NCBI RefSeq assembly: GCF_963921235.1
Contig: NC_086108.1
Span: 89,530,001-89,594,000 of the forward strand
Direction of reading: 5' to 3'
Length of the DNA stretch: 64,000 nt
Origin: Mobula hypostoma
Taxonomy: Eukaryota
Below are positions 51,153 through 64,000 of this stretch, piece after piece (position 1 is the stretch's first letter; each line of letters opens with the position of its first letter). The notes under the pieces were generated by a model. The model was not told the DNA's origin and searched no databases. It saw nothing but the letters and a program-made list of their open reading frames with translations. The translations under genes and the position numbers were made by a program.

Positions 51153-52034
51153 TTGGTTAGAAACCCTGGAAATTTGGTTCCCAGTTTCTGTAAAGTAATT
51201 GGGTCATAGCTATTTACTGATATGTGTGTTGTTAGATCAGCTTGCTGCAGTCAAATCTTAGAAATAGTGCTCTTAAGTCTTATTTTTTTTTCATGCTCTG
51301 ATCTTGTTTTCTGCCTGCATTTATTTTTGTTGGAGTTCAGGCATGGAATAATGAGCATGTTGGCCTTCTTACGTAAAGAAAGATAAAATTTCTGTTGAAG
51401 GAAAGCAATGAAGGTTTACTGCACTGTTTCATGGAATGATATTTATGTCAAATAGCAAAGACTTTGAAGGTTATGTCTTATTCTCAAGAAAATATCAAGG
51501 CATACAAATACTTAGGCTGATTAGGATGGGGAGGATGGTGCCCTTGGCTACTGAGTCTTAAACCAGGGGATGAAGTCCAAAAATTAGGAGCGAAGTGATG
51601 AAGAATTTCTTTACTCCAAGCGTGATGGCGGAGTAGTGTGGAAGGTCAGTCCTCTGTTGCATTCAATATGGATATCTATAGATTTCTGGATGGTAAAGTT
51701 CCAGGGATATGGGGATAGGGCAGGAAAGTAGATCTGAGATATATAAATAACGTCAATCTTATTGAGTGATGGATCAGCACAAGGGACCATGTAGTGTAAT
51801 CCTGCTATTTCTTATTGACTCATTCTTGTAAATTCAGATGATTCATTTAAGTAATCTCAGTTGATGTGATTTAGAGGATTGACCTTATGAACAGGCTAGT
51901 TCAGATACAGTTTATTGGTTACCAGCCTAGCAAAACGAGATTGATAATGCAGTCACGACTGTCTGAGGTGCCTATGCATCAGGAGAATGACTCCTGAAAG
52001 ACAAGATGTGAACTATCAGTTGAGCACTTTTGCA

Positions 52035-53290
52035 GAACATGAAACACTGTTGTAGGAAAGCAGCATCCATCATCAGGGATCCACGCCACCCAGGACATGC
52101 TCCCTTCTCACTGCTACCATCAGGTGGAAGGTACAACAGCCTCAGGACTCTCAGCACCAGGTTCAAGAACAGGTACTGCCCCTCAACTATTTGGCTCTTG
52201 GTAAAAAGGGGATAAATTCACTCAACTTTACTTGCCCCATCATTGAAATGTTCCTACAACTAATGGACTCACTTTCAAGGACCCTTCATCTCATGTTCTC
52301 AATAGTTATTGCTATTTATTTATATTTTCATTTGCACAGTTTGTTGTCTTCTGTACTCTGGTTGAACACCCTAGTTGGACAGTCTTTCATTGAACCTGTT
52401 ATAGTTGCCATTCTATAGATTTGTTGAGTATGCCCACAATAATATGAATCTCAGGGTTGTATATGGTGACATATATGTACTTTTGATAATAAAATTTATG
52501 TTGACCATTGAATATCAGTTGCAAATTTTAGCCAAGAAATGGTAGATAGAGCTCAATTTGGACAAATGTGAGACGTTGCACTTTGGAAGGTCAAAGTGCA
52601 AAAGTAAAAGGACAATACACCGTTGATGACAAGATGTTAACAGTGTTGATGTATGGAGGATTTTGGAATCCAAGTCTTTTGCCTGCTGAAAGTGACTGCA
52701 CAGGCTGAGATGATGGTAAACAAGGCTTAAGGCATGCTTGCCTTTAGTTGTCAAGGCACTGAGTTCGAGACTCAGGAAATCATGATGCATCCTCATAAAA
52801 CTCTGGTTAGGCTGCAACATAACTCTCTGAGTCTTGAACTCAATGGAGGATGAATCAACCCATTATTGGAAGGATGTTGAGGCTTTCAAGAGGGTGCAGT
52901 GGAGCTGCCTGGATTACAGGGCAGGTGCTATAAGGAGAGTTTGGGCAAACTTGGGTTATTTTCTCTAGAGCAGCAAATTGAGAAGCATAGGTAGGCAGGC
53001 AGTATCTTTATCACAGGGTCAAAACATCTTATACTGGAGGGCATCATTTAAGGTGAGAGAGGCTAAAGTTAAAAGAGATGTGTAGGCATGCAGTGGTGGG
53101 TACTTGGATTGATAAGCCAGGGGTTGTAGAGGAGGCAAATAGAGGATTTTAAGAGGCTCTTGGATAGGTATATGAATGGAGGGATATGGATATTGTATAA
53201 CAGAAGTGATTAGTTAAGTATTCAATAGATAGTTTAATTAGGCTGGCACATATAGTGGGTTGGAGAGCTGGTTCCTGTGCTATAATGAAA
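52035..53290 (+). mobile_element. Rex 3' fragment (to about 52510) followed by an old CR1 fragment
   Basis: KAASIIRDPRHPGHAPFSLLPSGGRY; decayed CR1 RT C-terminus. Confidence 0.7.
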
Positions 53291-54399
53291 CTTCTGTGGA
53301 AGTGCTGCTGGTGTTGTAAAAATTTATCCTTGTATATCAGTGATCCTGAGTTAGTCAGACTCATGAAATATTGATGAACTAAGCCTATTTTTATAATTGA
53401 CGATGAATCAGGATGTGATCACTCCAGAGTCCCCTTATTGTATTAGTGTAGCTGTCTGGAGGTTTGTACTTTTATGGAGAGCCAGCTTTTGCATAGTCAA
53501 TCTTCACTCATCTGTCCAAAAATCTGACTTCCATAAAATGGACATTAAGGTTCATCTACAATATAAGAATCTTGCTAGTTGTGCCTAAGAGTTCTAAAGA
53601 CAATAGTGGGCACTGAAACATTCCATGGAAACGAGACTATAAGTTACATGTATCCAGTAGTTCTTCATCATCAGTCACTTTGCTTCATCTTCATGCAGGG
53701 AAGGAGGAGTTTTTCAAACTTTAAAGCACTTTTTAAAAAAAAAACTCAAAAATAGTAATTAGTAAACTTTAAAAATGGTAATTTGTTTTAATTTTATGTT
53801 TACTTTTTAACATATGCATCAGTTTTGACAATTAAGTGACTGAGCATCAGAAATATTTAAATTGTCAAATGAGCAGTAATTATTGGTAGGAAGCAAAAAC
53901 CCATCACCCAGGTGTTGAAAATCAGTGAAATTGACCCTTCAGGCCCTATCCAGGTAAATGCAAAATGTTGGAAACCACAGGTAGCAATTCAAGATGAAGG
54001 ATACTTTTCAGAAAGACTTATCCCAAAGTAATCCCCCTTTAGCCAAGTAACCCCACGTTTCTGATAACCATAAGTATCTGAATAATGGACACTCTACTGA
54101 ACAGTGAAATTCATCATTGATGGCAACACAAAACCACTTTGACTAAATTTCTGACTGAATTAATTTAAGTGTCAGCTATCTTCAATTAAGTAGTGGGAGC
54201 AAAATTACATCAGCTTTATTTTTTTGTTCAGAAATAAATAAGGAATCACTCTGTCACCGAATGATTCATTTTTGTATTCAAGGCCTTAAGGCTTCGAGCT
54301 TGCTCTGTCATTCAATAAAATCTGCATGCTACATTATTTGCATAGCCTTGATTCTATTTGCATTCAGAAATCTGTCATGAATATGCACAATCTATGACT

Positions 54400-55250
54400 G
54401 ACCGTTCATAGCTACCTGTACTACAGTATTCCTGAAATTCATAAACATTGATATTATGACATTTTTCTTCATCTCCTCATCAAATCTCTTCACTGAAGTG
54501 TTACACAGAATCCAGCCCTCAACGTCCAGTGGTATCAGGACCTTAATGTGGTCTTGCTCCACAAAGCCTTTGCAGTAGCTGCATTGGGTTTCAGCACGTC
54601 CCGTAACATACTCTCGTGCAGCCTGGAATTTGGCAGTCAGCAAATTCCACTTACGAGCAAAGCTTTGCACCGAAAGACTAACAAGTTTTGCTATAATAAA
54701 GTGCATCTTTCAATGAGTTGATGATCTTCCAACAGTTGGTGCTTGTCTTGAACAGATCAGAGAGTCCCCTATTCACGAAACTTTTTAGATCAAACACTCA
54801 CAAACACCCCTGCATCCTTTTTCCAGATCATCTTGGCAAAAACACAGTCCACAAAGAAATAAATGGCCATCTTGAAGCAAGCCTGCATTCGCAATGAGAC
54901 TCCAGTCATGCAGGAAGAACCTTATTGGAAAGGCCCTGTTCACTGCCAGCCAAGAGAGGTGTCGGTACTTGTTGATGAGTCGAAAGTAAACTGAAATGAC
55001 TTTCACAGTCTACTTAGGAAAACATCCTTTTACCTCAGGATATTCTGTGCTTTGCATTGTCTGATGGAGATATGGTCTTAAGGTGTTTCTCTGCAAAAAT
55101 ATTTTACGGAGGAATAAGGTTCAACTGAGGAGACTCTTGCATAGCAATGAGGCCAATTCAGCTTGGTTCTCCATTGTACCATAAGCTTATGCATTTTAAT
55201 TTGGAGCAATTAGAAATTTTGCAGCCATTCAGAAGGGATATTAAGCACGA
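54400..55250 (-). mobile_element. Tx1-clade (L1 group) LINE ORF2 C-terminal remnant
   Basis: LINKYRHLSWLAVNRAFPIR..VDCVFAKMIW..CWKIINSLKDAL..AATAKALWSKTT across frameshifts; resembles the Tx1 zf-RVT region. Confidence 0.7.
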
Positions 55251-55559
55251 TGAGTAGGAGCCAATGAATGTTCCTTATGAGGGTCCTCTCCTATAAAATT
55301 CCGTTGTGTTGAAGGCCTCTGGGGGTTTGGCTTGTGCTTTCATGAGCAGTGTTGAAACCATGTGTGGAGAGAGAGAGATCTCAGGAAGAGCATCTGAAAC
55401 TGGTTAGTTTCTGATTGTGATTTGGTGGGGGTTAGTTTGGGGTGACTCTGGTTGGCTCAGATGAAGAATGCAACAAGGAGCACTATGATTCTTTGAATCT
55501 TTGCTGGTGCTGATCTCCTTTCAGCTCTCCAGAAACAGGTCGTCTTATGCGTTTTAAAG

Positions 55560-56445
55560 CTTCAAAGCCCAGGCATCTGCACTTCCTTCTGCAACGGGAC
55601 CCTTGACTTCAACGAGACACCACGATCAGTGTGAATTGGAAATAACATTTCCTCCTCGCTGACATTGGCGCGCCTTAAGGATGCATTCTTAGCCCCTCGT
55701 TCTACACTTGTGACTTTGCAGCTAGGCACAGCACAAACATTATCTATAAATCCGTCAATGCCAACAACAGTTATCGCAGAGGCTCAAGTAGTGACAAGGA
55801 TGTGCATAGGAGTAAGATAGATCGGCTGGTTAGGTGGAGTCTCAAGAACAACCTTGCACTCAACATCCAAATCTGAGGATCTATTCTGGACCCAGCATAT
55901 TGATGCATTCACGAAGAAGGCACACCCGTAGTTAGTTCATTCGGAGTTGGATGAGATTTGGTATGTCACTAAAGACCAGCAAATTTCTACCTATTTACTG
56001 TGGAGAGCATTGACTAGCTGCACCACTGACTGGTATGGAGGCTCCAATGCAAAGTGCTGAAAAGCTGCAGAGGATTGTAATTCAGACAAATGCATCATGA
56101 CTACAAGCCCACCACCACCATCAAAGACATGTTCAAAAGGCCATTCATCAAGAAGCTGGCGTCCATCATTAAAGACCCTCACCATCAGAACATGGTCTCA
56201 TCTCATTACTTCCATCAGGGAGGAGGTACAGGAGCCTGAAGTTGTGCATTCAATATTTTAGGACCAGCTTCTTTCCTTCCGCCATCAGATTCTGAATGAT
56301 CCATGACCACTATCCCACTGTTCTGCTCTCTTGCACCATTTGTTTCTTATATTTCTTGTTGTAACTTATGGTAATAAGTATTGCTCTATCACAAAATAAC
56401 AGATTTCACAACATGTGTCAGTGACAATAAATTTGATTCTGATTC
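55560..56445 (+). mobile_element. Degraded Rex1/Babar LINE
   Basis: Homologous to other Rex copies; ATTCTGATTC tail. Confidence 0.7.
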
Positions 56446-58989
56446 CTTTGCAAGAGAGACTTGTACCACTTGCACGGAAAATCCAAAAGAAAACCAAAGA
56501 CCTTGCTGACAACACAACATGTCTTCTAACATTCTTGATGATGGATTTCCTGGAAAGAAACTGCATTGCTTAACTGCACAACTGGGAACTGTACAATAAG
56601 CCTGTATAAATTGAAACCCAGTGAATTTAAGTTTCAGAATTTCACACAGCAACGCTTGTATTATTCTTGAACTCTGGTTCTTTGAAGGCCTCCTATTGTT
56701 CAATTATTGTTTTGCCTGCTAATTATAGGTTTCCATCCACCTGGGTCTGCATCTCTTGAGATGTTGCTGAATTTAACTTCCTCCAATTAAGTACTTCCTC
56801 GCTTGCGTCTATCCCTTGCCATATCTATTTTAAATTTGCTGATATGATTGTATTTGTCCAGATTGCTTTTTGCAATAATATATTCCATTTTCCCCACTTC
56901 ATTCCGGGTTGCCACACTTCATTTTTTTTCTTTCAGACTCATTTCAGTTAGATCTGATCTGGAAACTTTTCATCCACATGAATTTCTCCACATTTACACA
57001 GTTGCTATTAGTGTCTATATTAAGATTGAACCTTCCCTAGAGCTGCATATTATTTCATGGGGGTTGTCTTGATTGTGCAAATAAAAGGCAATAAAGCTGG
57101 CAGCTACTGAACATGCTGCATCTTAAGTGGCCATACAGGGATTTGCTCCAAAGATCAATGCAATGTTTTGGCAGCAAGCAAGATAAAAGGAGGCTTTTTT
57201 ATTCCATAACCTCAACTTTTAACTAACAGTTCATATTCAAGATCAGTACTCAGTCTCAGTAACTGGAGGGCAATACTGAAGTATAAAGAACAGCTCAGGA
57301 TGAATTCCTAATGCACACTGCCCACCTTCAGAAATTGAAAAGTATGTTAGCGCTATGAAGTGAGAGCTTTTCTTGTCATTTGGTCCATTAAGGCTCTCAC
57401 ATCCTGAGGGGATGCTAACAAAGTGAAGGCTGTGGAAAGGATTTGTCTGATGCATGAAGCCTAGTAGATATTTTCTGGATGAGTCAGTGCAGCACACTAG
57501 AAATACTTAGTAGTTCAGCACATAGAAATATTCACTTGGGCATGGCTAGTTATATTCCTTGCAGCCAATCCCCACAATTGTATGCAATGGCTTCATCCAG
57601 TTGGATGGTGATAGCTCAATCAACAGGCTAAGTTTTGCTTAGTTATTTGACTGTTAATCCTCTAAAACTGGTCATTCCATTGCAGAAACTTACATAGAAA
57701 CCTACAGCACATTACAGGCCCTTTGGCCCACAATGTTTTGCCGACCACGTAACCTACTCTAAGAGACTGCCTAGAATTTCCCTAGCACATAGCCCCTATT
57801 TTTCTAAGCTCCAGGTATCTATCTAAGAGGCTCTTAAAAGACCCTATTGTCACCACTTCCACCACCGCTGCTAGCAGTGCATTCCACACACCCACTACTC
57901 TCTGTGTGAAAAGCTTACCCCTGACATCCCCTCGGTACGTATTTCCAAGCACCTTAAAGCTATGCCCCCTTGCGTTAGCCATTTCAGCCTTGGGAAAAAG
58001 CCTCTGGCTAGCCACATGATCAATGCCCCCTATCATCTTGTACATTTCTCTCAGATCACTTCTCATCCTCCGTCGCTCCAAGGAGAAAAAGCCAAGCACA
58101 ACTATTCTCATAATCTACACCCTCCATTCCAGGCAATATCCTTGTAAATCTCCTCTGCACTCTCTCTATAGTATCCACATCCTTCCTGTAGTGAGATGAC
58201 CAGAAATGAACACAGTACTCCAAGTGGGATCTGACCAAGGTCTTAGCTAGATGTAACATTACCTCAAGACTCTTGAACTCAATCCCATGGATGATGAATG
58301 CCAACACACAATATGCCTTCTTAACAACACTGTCAACCTGTGCAGCAGTTTTGAGTGTCCCATGGACACAGACCCCAAGATCTCTCAGATCCTCCACGCT
58401 GCCAAGAGTCTTACTATTAATATTATATTCTGTCTTCAAATTTGACCTACCAAAATGAACCACTTCACACTTCTCTGGGTTGAAGTCCATCTGCCACTTC
58501 TCAGCCCAGTTCTCCATCCTATCAGTGCCCTGCTGTAACCTCTGAGAACCCTCCAGACTATCCACAACACCCCCAACCTTTGTGTCATCAGCAAACTTAC
58601 TAACCCACCCTTCTACTACTTCATCCAGATCATTTATAAATATCACAAAGAGAAGGGGTCCCAGAACAGATCCCTGCCAAACACCACTGGTCACCAACCT
58701 CCATGCAGAATATGAACCATCTACAACCAACCTTTGCCTTCTGTGTGCAAGCCAATTCTGGATCCACAAAGCAAGGTCTCCTTGGATCTCATGCCTCCTT
58801 ACTTTGAGAATGAACCTTATCAAATGCCTTACTGAAATCCATATAAACTACATCCACTGCTGTATCTTCATCAATGTATTTTGTTACATCCTTGAAGAAT
58901 TCAATTTGGTTCATAAGGCACGACCTGCCCTTGACAAAACCATGCTGACTATCCCTAATCAGATTATGTCTCTTCAAATGCTCATAAAT

Positions 58990-59806
58990 AGATAGATAGA
59001 TAGATATACTTTATTAATCCCGAGGGTAATTTGGTTTCGTTACAGCCGCACCAACCAAGAATAGAGCGTAAATATAGCAATACAAAAATCCCCAACAATC
59101 AAACACCAAAATGCAAACTATGCCAGATGGAAAATAAGTCCAGGACCAGCCTATTGGCTCAGGGTGTCTGACCCTCCACGGGAGGAGCTGCACGTTCGAT
59201 GGCCACAGGCAGGAACGACCTCCCGTGCCACCAAGTGTTGTATCACGGTGGAATGTGGCCGAAGTCCAACAGTAAAAAGTTCAATATCCTGTCTGCAAAC
59301 ACATTCCTCGATCATAATATACCCCAGATTGCACCATCCGTTGTTAGCCAGAACAGTAAGCACCCAATTCCTTTACGCTTACCGCTCTCAGTGCACTTCC
59401 GGTCAGCCGGAACGGTATTACCCACTGAACTCCTCTTCTCCAAAAGACTCTGTTGTCTCAACCTGGTCCTCTTTCCTTGGCTTTGTGATCCCCCTCTGTG
59501 TGTTTTCCTCCGGATTTCAGTAGGGGTGTCCACCGCTCTGTTCGCTAAGCCGGCCAGTCCTTGCTGGTCCGTGGAATACACAATGCAACCTTGTTTCTGC
59601 CCCCATGTCGGGATGTAACCATTTCCAGCGCTAAAGAAAACCCAAATAAAACTCTCTCTACCTGCATGTTAGAGAGGGTGCAGCTTCGACGTGTTACCGT
59701 GAGAAAAAAATACAAAAAATAACGTAAATTAAAAAGTAAGACGAAGAAAGTAAGAACAGATCGGAACGGCTGTACCAGGCTGCATGCACGACCAGCGCAT
59801 GCGCAC
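58990..59806 (-). mobile_element. Non-autonomous Rex/Babar derivative (5' end joined to 3' end)
   Basis: (TATC)n tail, CpG-rich 5' part, basic peptide EIRRKTHRGG..KRTRLRQQ; interrupts CR1-B at GCTCATAAAT|CCTGCC. Confidence 0.6.
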
Positions 59807-61317
59807 TAATCCTGCCTCTCAAGAGTCTCTCCAACAGCTTACCCACACTGAAGTCAAACTCACTGGTCAATAATTTTCTGGGTTATCTCTACTCCCTTTC
59901 TTGAACAAGGGAACAACATTTGCAACTCTCCAATCCTCCGGTACTTCTCCCGTCCCTATTGATGATGTAAAGATCATTGCAAGAGGCTCAGCAATCTCCT
60001 CCCTCAATTCTCACAATAGCCTGGGGTACATCTCATCCAGTCCTGGTGACTTATCTAACTTAGTGCTTTACAAAACCCCCAGCACATCTTCTTTCTTAAT
60101 GTCTATATGCTCAAGTGTTGCAGTCCACTGTAATTCATCCCCACAATTGCCACAATCTTGTCTCCTGGTGAATACTGAAGCAAAGTATTCATTAAGTAGC
60201 TCCGCTACCTCCTCCGACTCCGTGCACACACTTCCATTATCGCACCCGATTGGTCCTATTCTCTAACGTCTTATCCTATTGCCCTTCACATACTTGTAAA
60301 ATGCCTTGGGGTTTTCCTTAATCCTGTTCACCAAGGCCTTCTCATGGACCCTTCTGTCTCTCCTAATTCCATTCTTAAGCTCCATCCTAGTAACCTTGTT
60401 ATTTTCAAATTATGTAGAAAGGTTCAAGAAACTAGGTACTATAGTGCCTAGTTTCTTGAACCTTTCTACATAATTTGTCCACCATTGTTCTCTAACTCTA
60501 CCATCCTTTCCCTGCCTCAATGGAACATACTTATGCAGAACTCCATGTTTCGTGAACATTTGCCACATTTCTGCTGTGCATTTCCCTGAGAACATCTGCT
60601 AATTTATGCTCCCAAGTTCCTGCCTAATAGCATCCTATTTCCCCCTACCCCAATTAAATGCTTTCCCAAATTGTCTGCTCTATTCCTCTTCAGTACTATG
60701 GTGAAGGAGACACAGTTGTGGTCACTGCCTCCAAAATCCTCTCCCACCGAGAAATCTGACCAGCTACATTTCCCAATACCAGATCAAGTACAGCCTCACC
60801 TCTAGTTGACTTATCTACATATTGCGTCAGGAAACCTTCCTGAGCACACCTAACAAGCTCCACCCCATCCAAGCCCCTCGCGCTAAGGAGATGCCAATCA
60901 ATATTAGGAAAGTTTAAAATCACCCATCACAACAGCCCTAGTATTATTGCACCATTCGAGAATCTGCCTCCCTATCTGCTCCTCGATATCCCTGTTACTA
61001 TTGGGAGAGGGGTCTATGAAAAAACACCCAATAGAGTTAATGCCCCTTTCCTGTTTCTGACCTCCTCCCACACTGACTCAGTAGACTATCCCTCCATGAC
61101 TTCCTCCTTTCCTGCAGCCGTGACACTATCCCTAATTAGCAATGCCACACCCCCACATCTTTTGCCTCCCTCCTTGTCCTTTTTGAAATATCTAAAGCCT
61201 AACACAATCAGCAGCCATTCCTGCTTCTGACACATCCATGTCCCTGTAATGGCCACAATGTCACAGTTCCACATATTGATCCACACTCTTAGTTCATCCA
61301 ACTTGTTTATGATACTC

Positions 61318-61525
61318 AAACAACAGGAATTCTGCAGATGCTGGAAATTCAAGCAACACACATCAAAGTTGCTGGTGAACGCAGCAGGCCAAGCAGCATC
61401 TGTAGGAAGAGGTGCAGTCGACGTTTCAGGCCGAGACCCTTCGTCAGGGCTGAAACGTTGACTGCACCTCTTCCTACAGATGCTGCCTGGCCTGCTGCGT
61501 TCACCAGCAACTTTGATGTGTGTTG
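61318..61525. mobile_element. Fold-back Penelope-like insertion
   Basis: About 80-bp near-perfect inverted arms; 16-bp TSD CTTGTTTATGATACTC at 61302-61317 and 61526-61541. Confidence 0.85.
61416..61451 (-). ncRNA. Minimal type I hammerhead motif, core intact
   Basis: Minus strand AGCC-CTGACGA-AGGGTCTCGGCCT-GAAACGTC-GACT. Confidence 0.6.
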
Positions 61526-62554
61526 CTTGTTTATGATACTCCTTGCATTAAAATAGAGACATCTCAATCCATCAGGCTGAATGCATCATTGCTCTCATAT
61601 CTGCCTGTCCTTCCTCACAAACTTCCTACAGGCTGTCTCTACTTGTGCTCCAACCTCCCCATCCTCTGCCTCTTCACTTTGGTTCCCACCACCCCCGCAA
61701 ATCTAGTTTAAACCTTCCCCAATAGCATTAGCAAACCTCCGCGCTGGGACATTGGTCCCCCTCATATTCAAGTGCAGCCCATCCTTTTTGTACCGGTCAC
61801 ACCTGCCCCAGAAGAGATTCCAATGATCCAAAACTCTGAATCCCTGCCCCCTGCTCCAATCCTTCAGCAACGCATTTATCCTCCACCTCATTCTATTTCT
61901 ATGCTCACTGTTCCATGGCAAAGGCAGCAATCTTGAGATTACTACCTGTGAGGTCCTACTTCTGAGGTCCTTTCTTCCTAAATCCCTATATTCTGCTTTC
62001 GGGACCTCCACCCTTTTTCTACCTATGTCGTTGGTATCAATATCTACCACAATCTCTGGCTGCTCACCCTCTCTTTTCAGGATATTGTGGACACATCAGA
62101 AACATCTTGGACCCTGGCACCTGGGACCAAACTACCATCCGGGTTTCATTTTCACATCCACAGAAACTTGTCCCCCTATCTATAGAGTCCCCAATTACCA
62201 CTGCCCTCCTTGTCTGTTCCCTAGACTTTTGAGACACAGGGCCAGACTCAGTGCCAGAGGCACAGCCACTGTTGCTTCCTCTGAGGGTAGGTTGTTCCCC
62301 CCCCCCCCCACAGCAACACTCAAAATGGAGTGCTTATTGGTAAGGGGGACAGCTACAGGAGTGCTCTCCACTACCTGACACACTCCCTTCCCTCTCCTGA
62401 CAGTTACCCAATTACCTGTCTCCTGTAGCCCCGGGGTGACTACCTGCCTATAGCTCTTGTCTATCACCTCCTCACTCAAAGTTCTCTCTCTCTACGAATC
62501 GATAGGTCCAACTTAATAGGCTGAAGGCCAGTTTCACCACTGTTTAACTCAAGT

Positions 62555-62900
62555 GTCACATACACAAAATATCAGAGGAGCTCCGCAGGCCAGGAAAAGT
62601 GTACAATCGGCATTTCAGGTCGAGACCCTTAGTCAGGACTGGAGAAAAAGAAGATGAAGAGGCAGAGTAAGAGATGGGGGGAGGGAAGGAAGAAACACAA
62701 GGTGATAGGAGAAACCGGGAAGTGGGGGTCATTGGGAAGTTGATTGGTGAAAGAGATACAAGACTGGAGAAGGAGGAATCTATAGGAGAGAACAGAAGAC
62801 CATGGAAGAAAGGAGGGAGGACCACCAGAGACAGTTGATGGGGAATGGTGAATGGGGGGGGGGGGGTGCATTACCAGAAGTTCATGCCATCAGGTTGGAG
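62555..62900 (-). mobile_element. Penelope-like terminal fragment
   Basis: Similar to 10910-11220; decayed hammerhead at about 62605-62640. Confidence 0.65.
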
Positions 62901-64000
62901 GCTATGAGAGTGTAATTGTGCCAGAGCAGCTCAGAAGACTGTAGGTTCAAGCTCTATTTTGGGCATAATTTAAATGCTCACTTATCTATAGTTTTGAAGC
63001 TACCTTGGACAGTCAAAGATGCCAGTCTTTTAAATAGGCTTTTGACTTGAAACATTGACCATCACTTTGCCTCCACAGATGCTGCTTGACCAGCTGAGTT
63101 CCTTATGCAATTTGACTTTTCACACTGGATTTCACACTGGATTTCAGCATCGACAGTCTTTTGTGTCACAATTTTACAATTCAATTGCAAAGAATCTTCC
63201 AATGAATGTGCACTTTGAGGTTTTCTTCCTCTCTTCAGGAATTCTGTGATTCCCCCTCTCATGGCTCCCACTCTACTGATTTCTACTGTGCTCCTTATCC
63301 TTCAACACATTTTTGAATTTCAACCCAAAATGCCATTATCTCTTTGCCTCCACAGAAGCAGTCTGGCCCACTGAGTTCCTTCACCATATAACTTTCCTCT
63401 TGTTTCAAGCAATGGCTTCTCTTCCTTCTCTACCACTGGGGATATTGAAGATTGAACCATATTGTTGAGTTCATATTTCTCTTTCAACCAGTGTCACCTT
63501 AAACACTTTAACTGGATATTAATCTTGGAATATGCTTGTGGCTGATTTATCTACCTATACCACATCCATTCTTTTATTTCAAGTAATATATCACACAAAA
63601 AGCTTTGAGAAAGTTTAGTGAAGTTTAGCACTGCTGGGGGAGGCAGTGCAAGCAGATAATACTACAACATCTAACAGCCATTTGGATAGAATGGAGAGAT
63701 ATAAGCCGAATAGACCCAAATGGACTTTGCGTACATGGGTATTATAGTCACTATAGACAAGCTGGTTTATTAAAGATCTACTTCTGTGGTGTATGATTTC
63801 TATGCATATAGAAAATGCACAGAACTTCAGAGCACAGATCATGTCCTGTGCCCCACAATGTTGCACCAACCTTTTAATCTAGGATTATCTGGAAATAGAC
63901 AAAAAAGTAGAACGACTACACACAACTTTTCAAGTTCACTCTAGTATTCCGGATTTTAGATATTTTTTTTGTCTTAGCCCCACCTTCCTCCACCCTGCCC

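Larger units (their letters stand above)
57690..62477 (-). mobile_element. CR1-B, ORF1 (partial) plus ORF2, disrupted, two nested insertions
   Basis: DTNDIG..YKKDGLHLN esterase; KFADDTKVGG in ORF 58056-58823. Confidence 0.9.

Noticed and set aside
54392..55006. Host protein-coding ORFs
   Set aside because: They are frameshifted remnants of a Tx1-type LINE ORF2
63119..63145. 12-bp tandem duplication TTCACACTGGAT
   Set aside because: Trivial slippage within a decayed Penelope-like end

Overview
This is eukaryotic DNA, very probably from a cartilaginous fish such as a ray (inferred from the repeat families). It is an AT-rich intronic or intergenic window dominated by nested transposons. These include at least three CR1 LINE families, one with a 5'-truncated but intact RT frame (32841-34517) and one near full-length with a SGNH-esterase ORF1 (43076-47076). 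It also holds Rex1/Babar LINEs, a Tx1 LINE remnant, an RTE 5'UTR-like piece, tRNA/V-SINEs, mariner, Tc1 and hAT MITEs, and Penelope-like terminal-repeat insertions carrying minimal hammerhead ribozyme motifs. Almost all ORFs in the track are TE debris or chance. A few splice-flanked segments on the + strand (best: 40234-40374) suggest exons of a host gene I cannot identify. The most notable observations are: (1) four Penelope-like terminal-repeat insertions with 12-16 bp TSDs, three of them fold-backs and two carrying hammerhead cores; (2) a hAT-ended fold-back MITE whose arms are built from Tc1 sequence; (3) a young tail-to-tail CR1 pair able to form about 0.8 kb of dsRNA; (4) a phase-compatible exon chain ending in an exon with an in-frame TAG. 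I found no convincing wholly new biological system. Family labels A/B/C are my own, and boundaries of degraded repeats are approximate.
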